Below, piece by piece: positions 9,256-17,913 of a stretch of DNA of 64,000 nt. The first letter of the stretch is position 1; each line of letters begins with the position of its first letter. The DNA comes from a virus. Lineage: Duplodnaviria; Caudoviricetes. Below the pieces are notes generated by a model. That model saw nothing but the letters and a program-made list of their open reading frames with translations, was not told where the DNA came from and searched no databases. The stretch spans positions 32,001 to 96,000 of the IMG/VR virus record IMGVR_UViG_3300014205_000188, one strand, 5' to 3'. The position numbers and the translations under genes are program-made.

Positions 9256-9513
9256 CTACTCCCCCTTCTTCATGACACGGGCAGTCTTGGTCTCCAGGTC
9301 AAATTCAACTGTGAGATACTCACCATGTTCGATGAAGTCAGCGGTGCTGTTTGCCAGAGCATTCTCAGCCCCCGTCATTAACCCCCAAGTTTCGTCCGGG
9401 GAGTCAATGTAGCCATTGTCCGCAAGCCACTTGCGGAACTGAGAGTTGCCCAGGTTGTTCTCAGCAGCGTAGACGAGTGCGTCTGGGGACTTGAACGTGA
9501 TCTGGATCTTCAT
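9256..9513 (-). CDS. Hypothetical phage protein, paralogue A
   Basis: MKIQITFKSPDALVYAAE...EYLTVEFDLETKTARV. Its ATG overlaps the TGA of the upstream paralogue. Confidence 0.75.
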   Translation of the reverse strand: MKIQITFKSPDALVYAAENNLGNSQFRKWLADNGYIDSPDETWGLMTGAENALANSTADFIEHGEYLTVEFDLETKTARVMKKGE

Positions 9514-9773
9514 GCCTTCTCCCTCCACGGGATGACCTGACCCGTTTTGGCCTCCAGGTCGAATTCCACCGTAATGAATTCACCACTCTTCACAAGGTCC
9601 GAGAGGGCTTCTTCTAGCCCTTGTTCAGCCAAACGCCGGCTACCCTCGCGCCCCGTCTTGGGTCCCGCCCAGTCATGATCCACAAGCCACTGCTGAAAGT
9701 TGGCATCCCCGAGGTAATCTTCGGCGGCGTAGAAGAGAACATCTGGCGTCTTGAAACGGGCACGGATTTTCAT
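9510..9773 (-). CDS. Hypothetical phage protein, paralogue B
   Basis: MKIRARFKTPDVLFYAAE...EFITVEFDLEAKTGQV, clearly homologous to 9256-9513. Confidence 0.75.
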   Translation of the reverse strand: MKIRARFKTPDVLFYAAEDYLGDANFQQWLVDHDWAGPKTGREGSRRLAEQGLEEALSDLVKSGEFITVEFDLEAKTGQVIPWREKA

Positions 9774-10291
9774 GGCTTGTCTCCTTGCTCAGCAAGGCTC
9801 TTGGCCAACCAGTGGGCCTTGCGCACCGCACGTCGGCGAGCCAGCTCCTGTTCGGCGACATTCAAAAGTGCCAAGTCCCGGGCCCTCCCCCACGCAGAGT
9901 TGGATGTCATGCGTGCCCGAAACATGGCCCCCAGCTCTCGGTGGGTCATGAGGGGACCCACGTGGGTCAGCCAGAGGCTGGCGAAATCCGGGTGCTCCGT
10001 TCCGAATGGAAAACCGGGGCTCATGCTTAACCAAGCCTTACGGGCGTATGCCCTACGGTCCAGACGCCCCAATTCTGCTCGTGCCGCAGCCACGAGCGGG
10101 TCGGAGACCTCTCGGGCCGCGTCGTAAGCTCGACAGGCCGCCTGATGCTCCTCGAGCGTGCCCCGATCCATCACATAACTCCGCATGTACCAGAGCGTAT
10201 GGCTCTGGTGGGAAGCCTTACCGGCCACCTGCATGAGGCGGCTACAGTGTCGGCGTTCTCGGCGAGTTGAGGCGGGCGGAAGTGGTAGCAT
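9770..10291 (-). CDS. Hypothetical Arg/Ala-rich basic protein
   Basis: GGAGG SD before ATG 10291 (alternative start 10306). Its stop overlaps the start of the next gene. Confidence 0.6.
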   Translation of the reverse strand: MLPLPPASTRRERRHCSRLMQVAGKASHQSHTLWYMRSYVMDRGTLEEHQAACRAYDAAREVSDPLVAAARAELGRLDRRAYARKAWLSMSPGFPFGTEHPDFASLWLTHVGPLMTHRELGAMFRARMTSNSAWGRARDLALLNVAEQELARRRAVRKAHWLAKSLAEQGDKP

Positions 10292-10363
10292 AGGGGTGTC
10301 CTCCATGGTTTGCCCCTAGGCTACTCAAGGTTCTCTGAGGATGATCTTGTAAAGGGAGGCTCT

Positions 10364-10738
10364 TTAGTCCTCGACGCGACGCCAGCCTTCTGGGGTGTAC
10401 TCCCGTTGGCGGCGTACCTCCCAGATGCCGGGCTCCAGCACGAGGGGTGCGTGGGTGTCGTAGTCCCGGTGGTGCACCACCTCGATAGGCTCCCCACACT
10501 CCAGGTAGGAGATCAGCGGGTCGTTGCTGACGAACCGGCAGATCAGCACCTCACCGTTGGCAAGGTCTTCAGCCAGAGCTTCCGGCTTAAACACGCCCGC
10601 AATGTGGTGATGGCCCGTTTCCGAATGGGCTACGATGTGTTCCTTGGCCCTTACGACGGTGAGCCCCTCCGGGAGGTCGGGGATGCGACGAAAAAGTACG
10701 TCACCTTGGGCACCGGGGAGGTCTTTGATTCTTGTCAT
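10364..10738 (-). CDS. His-rich 'QGDV' putative metal-binding protein, usual neighbour of DUF6745-like proteins
   Basis: QGDVLF...VAHSETGHHH...HHRDYDTHAPLVLEPGIWEVRRQREYTPEGWRRVED. Overlaps the stop of the upstream gene. Confidence 0.75.
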   Translation of the reverse strand: MTRIKDLPGAQGDVLFRRIPDLPEGLTVVRAKEHIVAHSETGHHHIAGVFKPEALAEDLANGEVLICRFVSNDPLISYLECGEPIEVVHHRDYDTHAPLVLEPGIWEVRRQREYTPEGWRRVED

Positions 10739-13368
10739 GTTCTCACTTCCAGTTTGAAGTCTTCAGGGTTGAGTCCATACGTCCAGGCATTGGCTTCCAG
10801 TGCGGTTAGCATCTCAGGAGGCACGGGGAGCACAAAAGTTCTCCCCGTGCCACACAGTACACGGAGGAACTGGGAGTTTGGGGCATCGGGCAAGTCTACT
10901 CGAAGCAGGGTCCCGATCATAGGGTCGGGGTCTTGATTCACTACAAGGGGTTGCAGGTGATTGATGATGGCCGCCCATCCCAGCATTTCAGCAGCGGCTC
11001 GCCTTTGTTCCACATTGGGGTGGGTGAGGGCCACTTCTGGTGTCAGGGTCGTGGGGTCAAGAACCCATTCATTGGGGATCCGGGTGCCGTGCCATGTGGC
11101 AACGCCCGATCCATCAGGGTAGCGGATAGCCAGCCCATCCCGGCGGTGATAGCGTCCGTCCTCATCTTTGTGGGCTTCTTGCGGCCTCTCACTGAGAATG
11201 CAAACCCCGTCGTAGGGCCACCACCAACCGGAGTTGAAGGCCACTTGGAGCATCCCGTCAGGGTTGGTGCCCGTGTATTCGGCTCCTAGGATTTTCCTGA
11301 CAAACTGCCAATAGCCCAACCAGTAGAGGTCGTGTTGACCAAAGCAGGCATTCTTGATCTGGTTTTTTAGCTGTTCACTATCTTGGGTGAGCGCTTGGAG
11401 TTTCTCCCACACTTGGAGTCCCGCTCTTCTGCCCTTGAACAGGCTTAAGAGTTGGTCGTAAACTGGGTTGGAAATTTGACGCCTGAGCTGCTCCAGCTGA
11501 TCCCGAAGGTTTTTTGTGGCCTTGCCACTGAGGGGCTCACCAATTGGGTCTGTCAACGCTCCTTCTACGAGCCTTCTTCTAGGGGCCCCGTTCTCTGAGC
11601 GCCATAAAGACATCCATAGGTTTTCTCTGATGTGTTCCTCAACACCTTCACTCATTTGCGGGATTAGTGGCTTGGCTAAGCTGTTCCAGAGGGAACGACC
11701 CAATTGCCCCTCTAATGAATCCCCGACTGTGCCTTCCCCGAGCCACCCCTTGTCCAGTACGAGTTGTCTGAATAGTTCGAAAGAAGGCGCGTTTTCCTCC
11801 CCCACAAATCCTGAGTCACGTCCACGAGAGTAGGAGAATTGGGGATACAGTTGCTCTAAGAATTGATGGAGGATACCTTTTTGAAGTGGCGCATGAAGAG
11901 ATTCCCCGATCTGGTCAACATCCCTCGAGAGCTGCTCTTGTATTACGAGTTCTCTCTCCCGTTCAAGGTCATGTGCCTCTCGCATGGGATTCCCCATGGA
12001 GGTTATCAGAACCTCCCGCAATTCCTCGCCTAGTTGCTTTGACAGGGCACCCACAACTTGAAACCAGAGGGTTTCCCCCATTTGACCTTGTAGGGGTTCC
12101 CCGATTGATTTCCCTACAAGGGGAGCATCCCTGAGCAGCGCCAGAGGAGACCATGCTTTTAGGACATCCTGTGACTGGCTCGGATCAGAGGCAATCTCCT
12201 CCCAGAGCTGCGACATCAGTGGGCTGTTAAGATGAGAGGGGTCCCTCATTCTGGCGACAAGATCAATCCGAAGTTCCTGCCCAAGGTCATCGGCGAGGGA
12301 CTCACCAATCTGATCCGTCATCAGATTGAGAAGAGCATTGTCATTCGTAAAGATCCCAATGAGTTTCTTTTTCACGTCATCCGTAATCTGCCCCCACAGT
12401 TGACGTTGGTCGGCGAGTTTTGCCCAGGTAACGGGAGCGATTGGTTCCCCCACCCCAAGGATCTGTTCCTCAACCAGATCCTGCTGAGTGTCGTCCAGGG
12501 GTAAGGTCAACCAGAATTCCAGAAGGATCTTGTCGACCATGGGTCCGATCTGGTCCTTGAGCTGAAGCACCGCTTGATCCCAGACCTCCTGCCGCATTTG
12601 AGGGCGAAGGGAGTCACCCTGTTGATCCAGGAGGATCTCGAGAGCCTCCTCCCTACCGGGGGCAATTGCGAAACCAGCGTGGAGAGCCTCATCCACTGCA
12701 CGCCCCAGTTGCAACCCCATCAGATTCAGCCAATCGTTGATGGCATCTCCTAGGGGGTGGGCGAGGGGTTCCCCCAGAGTCTCCTGCATCAGGGTTCGGG
12801 TACGAATCAAGTCCTGAGCGAGTGGAGTACTCAGCTTGATACTGGAGCCGTACTTGTTGCGCCAGTCGCGGAGTTGCGATAAAAGATCTGCAATCACCAC
12901 TCGCGGAAGCAGGTCAAGGACTGACTCTCCTAGGGCATCCTCCCCCAGGTCGCCTGCTAGTGCCTCCTTTGTGGCATTGTGCATAAGGCGCCAAGAGGTG
13001 GACAAGGCATTCCGCAGAAGGCGCCAGTCGGTCGACAACCTCTTGGGTGCATGATCTAGAACCTTGTCCAGTTGGTTAGATGCCTGATCCGAAATAGGGG
13101 CAAGATCCCCAACTGGGTCTTGCTCCGCCTGCTCCTTGAGGATCGTGCCCAGTTGGCTCACCAGCAAACTGAGTATACACCCCTCCTGAGGACTTCTTGC
13201 CCACAGGATCACCTTGGGTGGTTCTTTACCAATGGCCCGATAGGCCGCAGCCACACCCGCCTCAGCCTCTTTCCTGTTGGCTGGTTGGGTGGACTGGCCG
13301 GCTTCCAGCAGCAACTTCTGCCAGTGCGGGATCAGGGCTTCTTGCCAGGGCTCTAATTTCTCAATCAT
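10735..13368 (-). CDS. DUF6745-like protein with an expanded central repeat region (877 aa)
   Basis: N-terminus STQPANRKEAEAGVAAAYRAIGKEPPKVILWARSP. C-terminus GQHDLYWLGY...GWWWPYDGVCILSERP...DGRYHRRDGLAIRYPDG..WHG...NVEQRR...ALEANAWTYGL...RT. Confidence 0.8.
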   Translation of the reverse strand: MIEKLEPWQEALIPHWQKLLLEAGQSTQPANRKEAEAGVAAAYRAIGKEPPKVILWARSPQEGCILSLLVSQLGTILKEQAEQDPVGDLAPISDQASNQLDKVLDHAPKRLSTDWRLLRNALSTSWRLMHNATKEALAGDLGEDALGESVLDLLPRVVIADLLSQLRDWRNKYGSSIKLSTPLAQDLIRTRTLMQETLGEPLAHPLGDAINDWLNLMGLQLGRAVDEALHAGFAIAPGREEALEILLDQQGDSLRPQMRQEVWDQAVLQLKDQIGPMVDKILLEFWLTLPLDDTQQDLVEEQILGVGEPIAPVTWAKLADQRQLWGQITDDVKKKLIGIFTNDNALLNLMTDQIGESLADDLGQELRIDLVARMRDPSHLNSPLMSQLWEEIASDPSQSQDVLKAWSPLALLRDAPLVGKSIGEPLQGQMGETLWFQVVGALSKQLGEELREVLITSMGNPMREAHDLERERELVIQEQLSRDVDQIGESLHAPLQKGILHQFLEQLYPQFSYSRGRDSGFVGEENAPSFELFRQLVLDKGWLGEGTVGDSLEGQLGRSLWNSLAKPLIPQMSEGVEEHIRENLWMSLWRSENGAPRRRLVEGALTDPIGEPLSGKATKNLRDQLEQLRRQISNPVYDQLLSLFKGRRAGLQVWEKLQALTQDSEQLKNQIKNACFGQHDLYWLGYWQFVRKILGAEYTGTNPDGMLQVAFNSGWWWPYDGVCILSERPQEAHKDEDGRYHRRDGLAIRYPDGSGVATWHGTRIPNEWVLDPTTLTPEVALTHPNVEQRRAAAEMLGWAAIINHLQPLVVNQDPDPMIGTLLRVDLPDAPNSQFLRVLCGTGRTFVLPVPPEMLTALEANAWTYGLNPEDFKLEVRT

Positions 13369-13393
13369 AGGAGGGTTCCTAGGGGACGGAGAG

Positions 13394-13738
13394 TCACACC
13401 TTGTTGATGTCTTTCTCTTCCAGAATAATGGTGACAGGGGCTTGGTACGTGCACACGTACTTCCTCACAGCAGGACCTTGGTCCCCCTTCCAGTCCACAC
13501 TGGGTTCCCAACGGATGTCTTGGATGGTCAGGACACTGACATTAAGGTTGGGTTGGACCAACTTGACGAGGTCACCCACTTTGAGCGGAGATTGAAAGGA
13601 TTCAGCCTCAGCCTCCGTGTAAACCGACAAGACCTCATCCTCGTCCTCGGTCACGTACACGCCCAAGCGTGTGTCATGTGCCTTAACGGTCTCAGTGTGC
13701 CCATCCGTGTTTACGAACGTGTCTCCCAGATAAAGCAT
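13394..13738 (-). CDS. Hypothetical protein, possible SH3-like beta-barrel(s)
   Basis: LKVGDLVKL motif; gene packing. Confidence 0.55.
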   Translation of the reverse strand: MLYLGDTFVNTDGHTETVKAHDTRLGVYVTEDEDEVLSVYTEAEAESFQSPLKVGDLVKLVQPNLNVSVLTIQDIRWEPSVDWKGDQGPAVRKYVCTYQAPVTIILEEKDINKV

Positions 13739-13740
13739 GA

Positions 13741-14070
13741 CTACTTCTTATCGGGCAACAGGGCCCGAAGTTTGGGGGTTAGGTCATCCAGCAGCCAAGT
13801 GACCAATTCTGATGGGGTCCAACCCAGCGTTAGAGCAAAGGCAAGAAGTCGCTCTGACACTTTTTCGTCAAGTTCCAAGTCCCTTTGAATCAGGATGGCC
13901 CTTGAGTCCGGTGGGTCGAAGGGGGCAAAGTAGGTCCCCGGTGCGGGGTAGGGGACGGGTGCTCCCGGATACCACTCAGGATGAGGTTCAAAAGGGTTAC
14001 ATGGTTGGTCTGACGGTACTTGTCCGGGGACCTGTGGGATGGAGAACGGGGTTACGGTGTTTTCGGCCAT
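13741..14070 (-). CDS. Pro-rich protein with candidate C-terminal ribbon-helix-helix domain
   Basis: AGGAG SD before ATG 14070. RDLELDEKVSERLLAFALTLGWTPSELVTWLL fits the CopG/RHH pattern. Confidence 0.5.
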   Translation of the reverse strand: MAENTVTPFSIPQVPGQVPSDQPCNPFEPHPEWYPGAPVPYPAPGTYFAPFDPPDSRAILIQRDLELDEKVSERLLAFALTLGWTPSELVTWLLDDLTPKLRALLPDKK

Positions 14071-14168
14071 GATCTCTCCTATCGTGGCCACTACTCCAAC
14101 CCTTTATTTTGGGCTCCTCATTTTTTTGCCTCTAGCTCTCTGTCAGCAGACTTCTACGAGGTGACACC

Positions 14169-14588
14169 ATGACCGATAAGACCGCTGCCGCTCCTATGTC
14201 CATGTACGAGGCACTCACCCCATCCATCTGGAAGATTGCCCGGAAAGTAGCAGAACGTTTGGACTCCTCTTTGGGGAGCGTCTTCAAGTTGAAGGAAGAC
14301 TCCTCTGACCTGGGTCAGGCTTGGATTTCTTTCACCCATGAGGATGTGCCCAAGTCCAAGTGGTTTTTGTACCTCAATGTGACACTTGCAGAGGATGGCA
14401 AATTCTTTGGTACTTTGCAGTCCTTTGTTGATGGGGACCATGATGACGATCTGGGCCTCTACACAGCGTCTCTGGCCCAAGTTTTTGATGAGCCCTACGG
14501 GAGTGTGGCCAAGATGATCTATGACAAGATTGTAGGTGGGGCTAAGCAAGCCATGGCCGAGCACGTTGACGGCGCTGATGCTCTATAG
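14169..14588 (+). CDS. Hypothetical protein
   Basis: GAGGTG SD; 139 aa; divergent from the - strand block. Confidence 0.65.
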   Translation: MTDKTAAAPMSMYEALTPSIWKIARKVAERLDSSLGSVFKLKEDSSDLGQAWISFTHEDVPKSKWFLYLNVTLAEDGKFFGTLQSFVDGDHDDDLGLYTASLAQVFDEPYGSVAKMIYDKIVGGAKQAMAEHVDGADAL

Positions 14589-14601
14589 GTTTTGGCTCCC
14601 T

Positions 14602-14618
14602 CGTTACCCCGCCTATAA
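14602..14618 (+). promoter_or_regulatory. Candidate late promoter, copy 2 (CGTTA-N7-TATAA), upstream of tail tube
   Basis: Shared motif and spacing; intergenic. Confidence 0.55.
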
Positions 14619-14662
14619 CGACCGAAGTGTGAAGGAGACTGTGCCCTTCGGCGGAGGAGAGT

Positions 14663-15514
14663 ATGCCCGACTACAAGAATCAAGACCTCAACCCCCAGAA
14701 TGGGGTGGGTGGAACGTCATATATCTATGACCAGGGCGCCTCGGCTGATGGTCTGCGTACCGCAGTCAGCCAGAAAACCCGTATTCTCACCCCTCATTAC
14801 GGAAACAACCAATCACTCCATCAGATGGGCGTTTTGTCCAGTTTCAGCATTGACATGAGTCGAGGCGTGGAATCTGTTCGGGGTATCGGTTTTGGTGACA
14901 AGATTGCCGAGCAAGTACCCGGGGTTATGGACGCGGTGACGGGCAGCATGGAAAGGGCCCTACTCAATGGAGCAAACTTGTGGGCCTCCACGGGTTATGC
15001 CGCGGGTATCGACGGTCCCATGCGAAGCCTTGCACACCAGAAGTGGCCCTTCGACATTGAGTTGCAGCAGGCTTTCTCCGCCCTCTCCGACGCTGACCTC
15101 GGTGCAGCCAATGTGGGCTATGGTGGTCAGGCAGGTACCTTTAGCGGTGGCGCTAAGCAGATCTCTTACCCTCAGACCACCAGTTCGGGTTCCAAGGGGT
15201 CTCCTTCCTATGACCCCAGTAGCCGGGGTCGGACGGCTCTGCTTACTATTTTGGAGGCATGCTGGTTCACGAGCTATGGTGTGAACTACGCAAAAGACAC
15301 TTCCATCATCATGGAAAACGGTGCCTACAGTGCCACTGACATCCATGACTTTGCCAGTGTCTATGGGGAGTTCCTTGCTACGGGTAACGACCCCACGATT
15401 GGTCAGCTGGGTTCGATGCGCTTTGCCGAAAGTGGCTACAAGATTGGCCCCGCGGGTACTGGATTTAGCGGTGGCGGAACCGTTTCCAGTTTTGCCCAAG
15501 TAACTGCGCAGTAA
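14663..15514 (+). CDS. Tail tube protein
   Basis: MGVLSSFSIDMSRGVESVRGIGFGDKIAEQVPG...PFDIE...LEACWFTSYGVNY...IIMEN is a myovirus tube pattern. Strong GGAGG SD. Upstream of chaperones and tape measure. Confidence 0.8.
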   Translation: MPDYKNQDLNPQNGVGGTSYIYDQGASADGLRTAVSQKTRILTPHYGNNQSLHQMGVLSSFSIDMSRGVESVRGIGFGDKIAEQVPGVMDAVTGSMERALLNGANLWASTGYAAGIDGPMRSLAHQKWPFDIELQQAFSALSDADLGAANVGYGGQAGTFSGGAKQISYPQTTSSGSKGSPSYDPSSRGRTALLTILEACWFTSYGVNYAKDTSIIMENGAYSATDIHDFASVYGEFLATGNDPTIGQLGSMRFAESGYKIGPAGTGFSGGGTVSSFAQVTAQ

Positions 15515-15540
15515 CAACCAACTAGAAAGTCCTCAGGCAG

Positions 15541-15549
15541 TGGTATAGT
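15541..15549 (+). promoter_or_regulatory. Candidate extended -10 sigma70-type element (TGGTATAGT)
   Basis: TGn-TATAGT in the 158-nt gap after the tube gene. No convincing -35. Confidence 0.3.
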
Positions 15550-15672
15550 CTAAGGGGTTGCCCCCGATGGCCTGACGGGTAAAATGAAGCAGCCCCGGGG
15601 TGTCTATCACCTCGGGGCGCCGTGCATGTGGCCATCTGACTCTTTCCCACCCTGTAGGGCCTGGAGAGCACA

Positions 15673-16776
15673 ATGATGATCACATTTGAGTCATTGGAAA
15701 AAGCCCTGGCTCCTATTGCGGAGGTGGGTCAACAGGAGTTGACTTTTGACCTGGGTGGGACCCTCATCACCCTCTCCGGGATCACCCCTGAGCAGGATAT
15801 CGAGGTGACTCGTTTTGCAAATGAGGCACTCTCCACCGACGAGAGTATGCCCAACACAGCAGATTGGGCCACTCGTTTCAAACTTGCTCTCCTGTCCCAT
15901 GCTATTGTAGCCGTTGGGGATCAGGATCTTCGTGGTGTTGAGACCATTGCTACCGGGGAGACCCTGCCTAATGGGGTTCCTTTGCGCTTGCCCAAGGCGC
16001 AGGCTATGAGGAAGTTGCTCTCCCGTTGGACAGAGTCCGTTCGTAACTTGCTCCTCCGTAAGTATGGAGAGTTGCTCGTTCAGTTGGAACTGAAGTCGGA
16101 CAAGCTGGTCCAGTTTGACTTCATGGATTTGGACGCTGAAATCGCCAACTTGGAGGGTCGCCTGTCCTCCTTGAAGAATGCAAGGGAGCAAGCCCAGGCC
16201 AAGGAGACCACTGAGATCGCCAATATGGTGAAGACCTTGGTGAAGATTGACTCCCAAGATCGAGAAGACTCTCATCAGTTGGTTGATCAGTTCCGGCAGA
16301 CCCCAGTACAAGATGCTAAGATCGATCCCAGCGCCTTTGGAGGCCCCCCACAAGCCCCCAAGGGACCCCGCCAGTCGGTGCTGCCTGACCGGGCCACACC
16401 GCCACCCCCGAGGGCTCAGGAGCCCGTACAGAGGGTGCAGGAGCCCACTCCTGCACCCCAGGAGTATCGGGAGCCTCACCAATCATTGGGCCCCGTAAAC
16501 CTTCCAGAGGAGGACTCCTTCATCGACCCCTCAGATGAAGAGGGTTTTGCTGCAGCCATGCAGCTGGAAAACAGGCGCATGGCTGAGTTGCGGGGGAACA
16601 GATTGAATCGACCCCCACACCTGGCGGCTCAAGAGGTAGTTCTTGAGCCGGAACAGATTTTCAACCCTGCTCCGGCTGAGGAGTACACAGGCCCACTGCC
16701 CCAACGGAGCATTCCCCCTGTGAATGTTGGGTCCAAGTCGATCAACCCTCGTTTCCAGCCCCCCAAGCGGTCATGA
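15673..16776 (+). CDS. Putative tail assembly chaperone 1, with coiled coil and Pro-rich C-terminal tail
   Basis: Lies between tube and tape measure; chaperone-like N-terminal domain (ITLSGITPEQD...LSHAIVAVGD). Confidence 0.6.
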   Translation: MMITFESLEKALAPIAEVGQQELTFDLGGTLITLSGITPEQDIEVTRFANEALSTDESMPNTADWATRFKLALLSHAIVAVGDQDLRGVETIATGETLPNGVPLRLPKAQAMRKLLSRWTESVRNLLLRKYGELLVQLELKSDKLVQFDFMDLDAEIANLEGRLSSLKNAREQAQAKETTEIANMVKTLVKIDSQDREDSHQLVDQFRQTPVQDAKIDPSAFGGPPQAPKGPRQSVLPDRATPPPPRAQEPVQRVQEPTPAPQEYREPHQSLGPVNLPEEDSFIDPSDEEGFAAAMQLENRRMAELRGNRLNRPPHLAAQEVVLEPEQIFNPAPAEEYTGPLPQRSIPPVNVGSKSINPRFQPPKRS

Positions 16777-16779
16777 CCT

Positions 16780-17913
16780 GTGCTGAAGTTGCGAAAGACA
16801 AAGGCGGAGGAACGAACTTCGCTTTATGAGGACGTGGAAGCCCTGCTCACACAGGGCTTCATCACCTCAAGTCTGAGGATCAACTCAGTTCGTTTGTCGC
16901 TGCGATCTCTTGGTCCAGGGGATGTCTTTGTTCTTCGATCCCGTGTGGGTTCGGGAACTGACCACGAGTGGCAGGTTTGGGCCTTGGCCTCAGCCACGTG
17001 GCTTCTGAATGGACAGGTGTTGTTGGGTGACCCCCAGGCAACAGTTCGCGTCTATGAGGTTTTTCGAGGCCTCTCCCGTGGGTCCCTGGACAAGATGTTC
17101 ATAGCCCTGTTGGAGTTGTTCCGACGGCAAAGCAAAGCCATGACCGCGGTGGAGCCCTTTTGCTACGAGACCTCCTCCCGGTTTTTGTGGCGTACCTATG
17201 GTGGACACCACCCAGCTTCTCATGCCGGCATTCCCGGGGTGGATTCACTGGGGACAAACAACATTCAGAGGATGTGGACTTTTTTCAATGTCGTCGAGGA
17301 TCAGCGGATTCATGATGACACGATGTGGGAAGGGTTCAAGCTCTCTGTCTCAGCCACCTCCCCCAAGGGGGTGCAGAAGATTGACAAGCGGGATCAGCAA
17401 CTACGCCAGGAGGAACTGGAACGGCGTCAAATGCTTCAGGATCGTTTCTTCTACCTGACCAAAGGTGTGATCAAGGAGGAGGACAAGAATCTGATGCTGG
17501 AGCACCAAGTCAAAACTGTTGTTGACTTGGAAGAGGAGTTGAGACGCTGGATTGCCGGGGAGGAGGACGATCATGACCGGGCGATCAGGGAATACAAGGA
17601 ACGGATCCTAGCTCGTTACGAACAAGAGAAAGAGGCACGGGAGAGGCGTCGAGCTGAACTGATAGCGCAACAAGATTCAGCTGTGGACGAGACCGAGGCC
17701 CCTCTTCAGGTGTACACCCCGGAACAAGTGCGAGATTTGTTGCGGGGTCAGCCCTCGGTGTCGGATACGGCGGCCGTCAAGTCAGCGGCCCAAGAGCACC
17801 TTCGAGAGAGGTTCTTAGAGACTTACCCTATGAGCACACCCGTGGGAGAGGACTTGACCCAACGTCTCGCCTCACGTCAAGTGTCTTTTAGGACAGAGGA
17901 GTCGGAGGACTGA
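16780..17913 (+). CDS. Putative tail assembly chaperone 2
   Basis: Directly before the tape measure (TGATG overlap); same reading frame as chaperone 1. Confidence 0.55.
   Translation: MLKLRKTKAEERTSLYEDVEALLTQGFITSSLRINSVRLSLRSLGPGDVFVLRSRVGSGTDHEWQVWALASATWLLNGQVLLGDPQATVRVYEVFRGLSRGSLDKMFIALLELFRRQSKAMTAVEPFCYETSSRFLWRTYGGHHPASHAGIPGVDSLGTNNIQRMWTFFNVVEDQRIHDDTMWEGFKLSVSATSPKGVQKIDKRDQQLRQEELERRQMLQDRFFYLTKGVIKEEDKNLMLEHQVKTVVDLEEELRRWIAGEEDDHDRAIREYKERILARYEQEKEARERRRAELIAQQDSAVDETEAPLQVYTPEQVRDLLRGQPSVSDTAAVKSAAQEHLRERFLETYPMSTPVGEDLTQRLASRQVSFRTEESED

Noticed and set aside
10310-10936. 208-aa + strand ORF
   Set aside because: It is antisense to the well-supported QGDV and DUF6745-like genes.
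15566-15640. Hammerhead ribozyme (CTGACG...GAA)
   Set aside because: The CUGANGA and GAAA core is not matched (CTGACGG; GAAG). Kept only as a generic structured leader.
15673-16776. Lambda-type -1 slippery site in chaperone 1
   Set aside because: No convincing XXXYYYZ heptamer was seen near the 3' end, and the next ORF is in the same frame.
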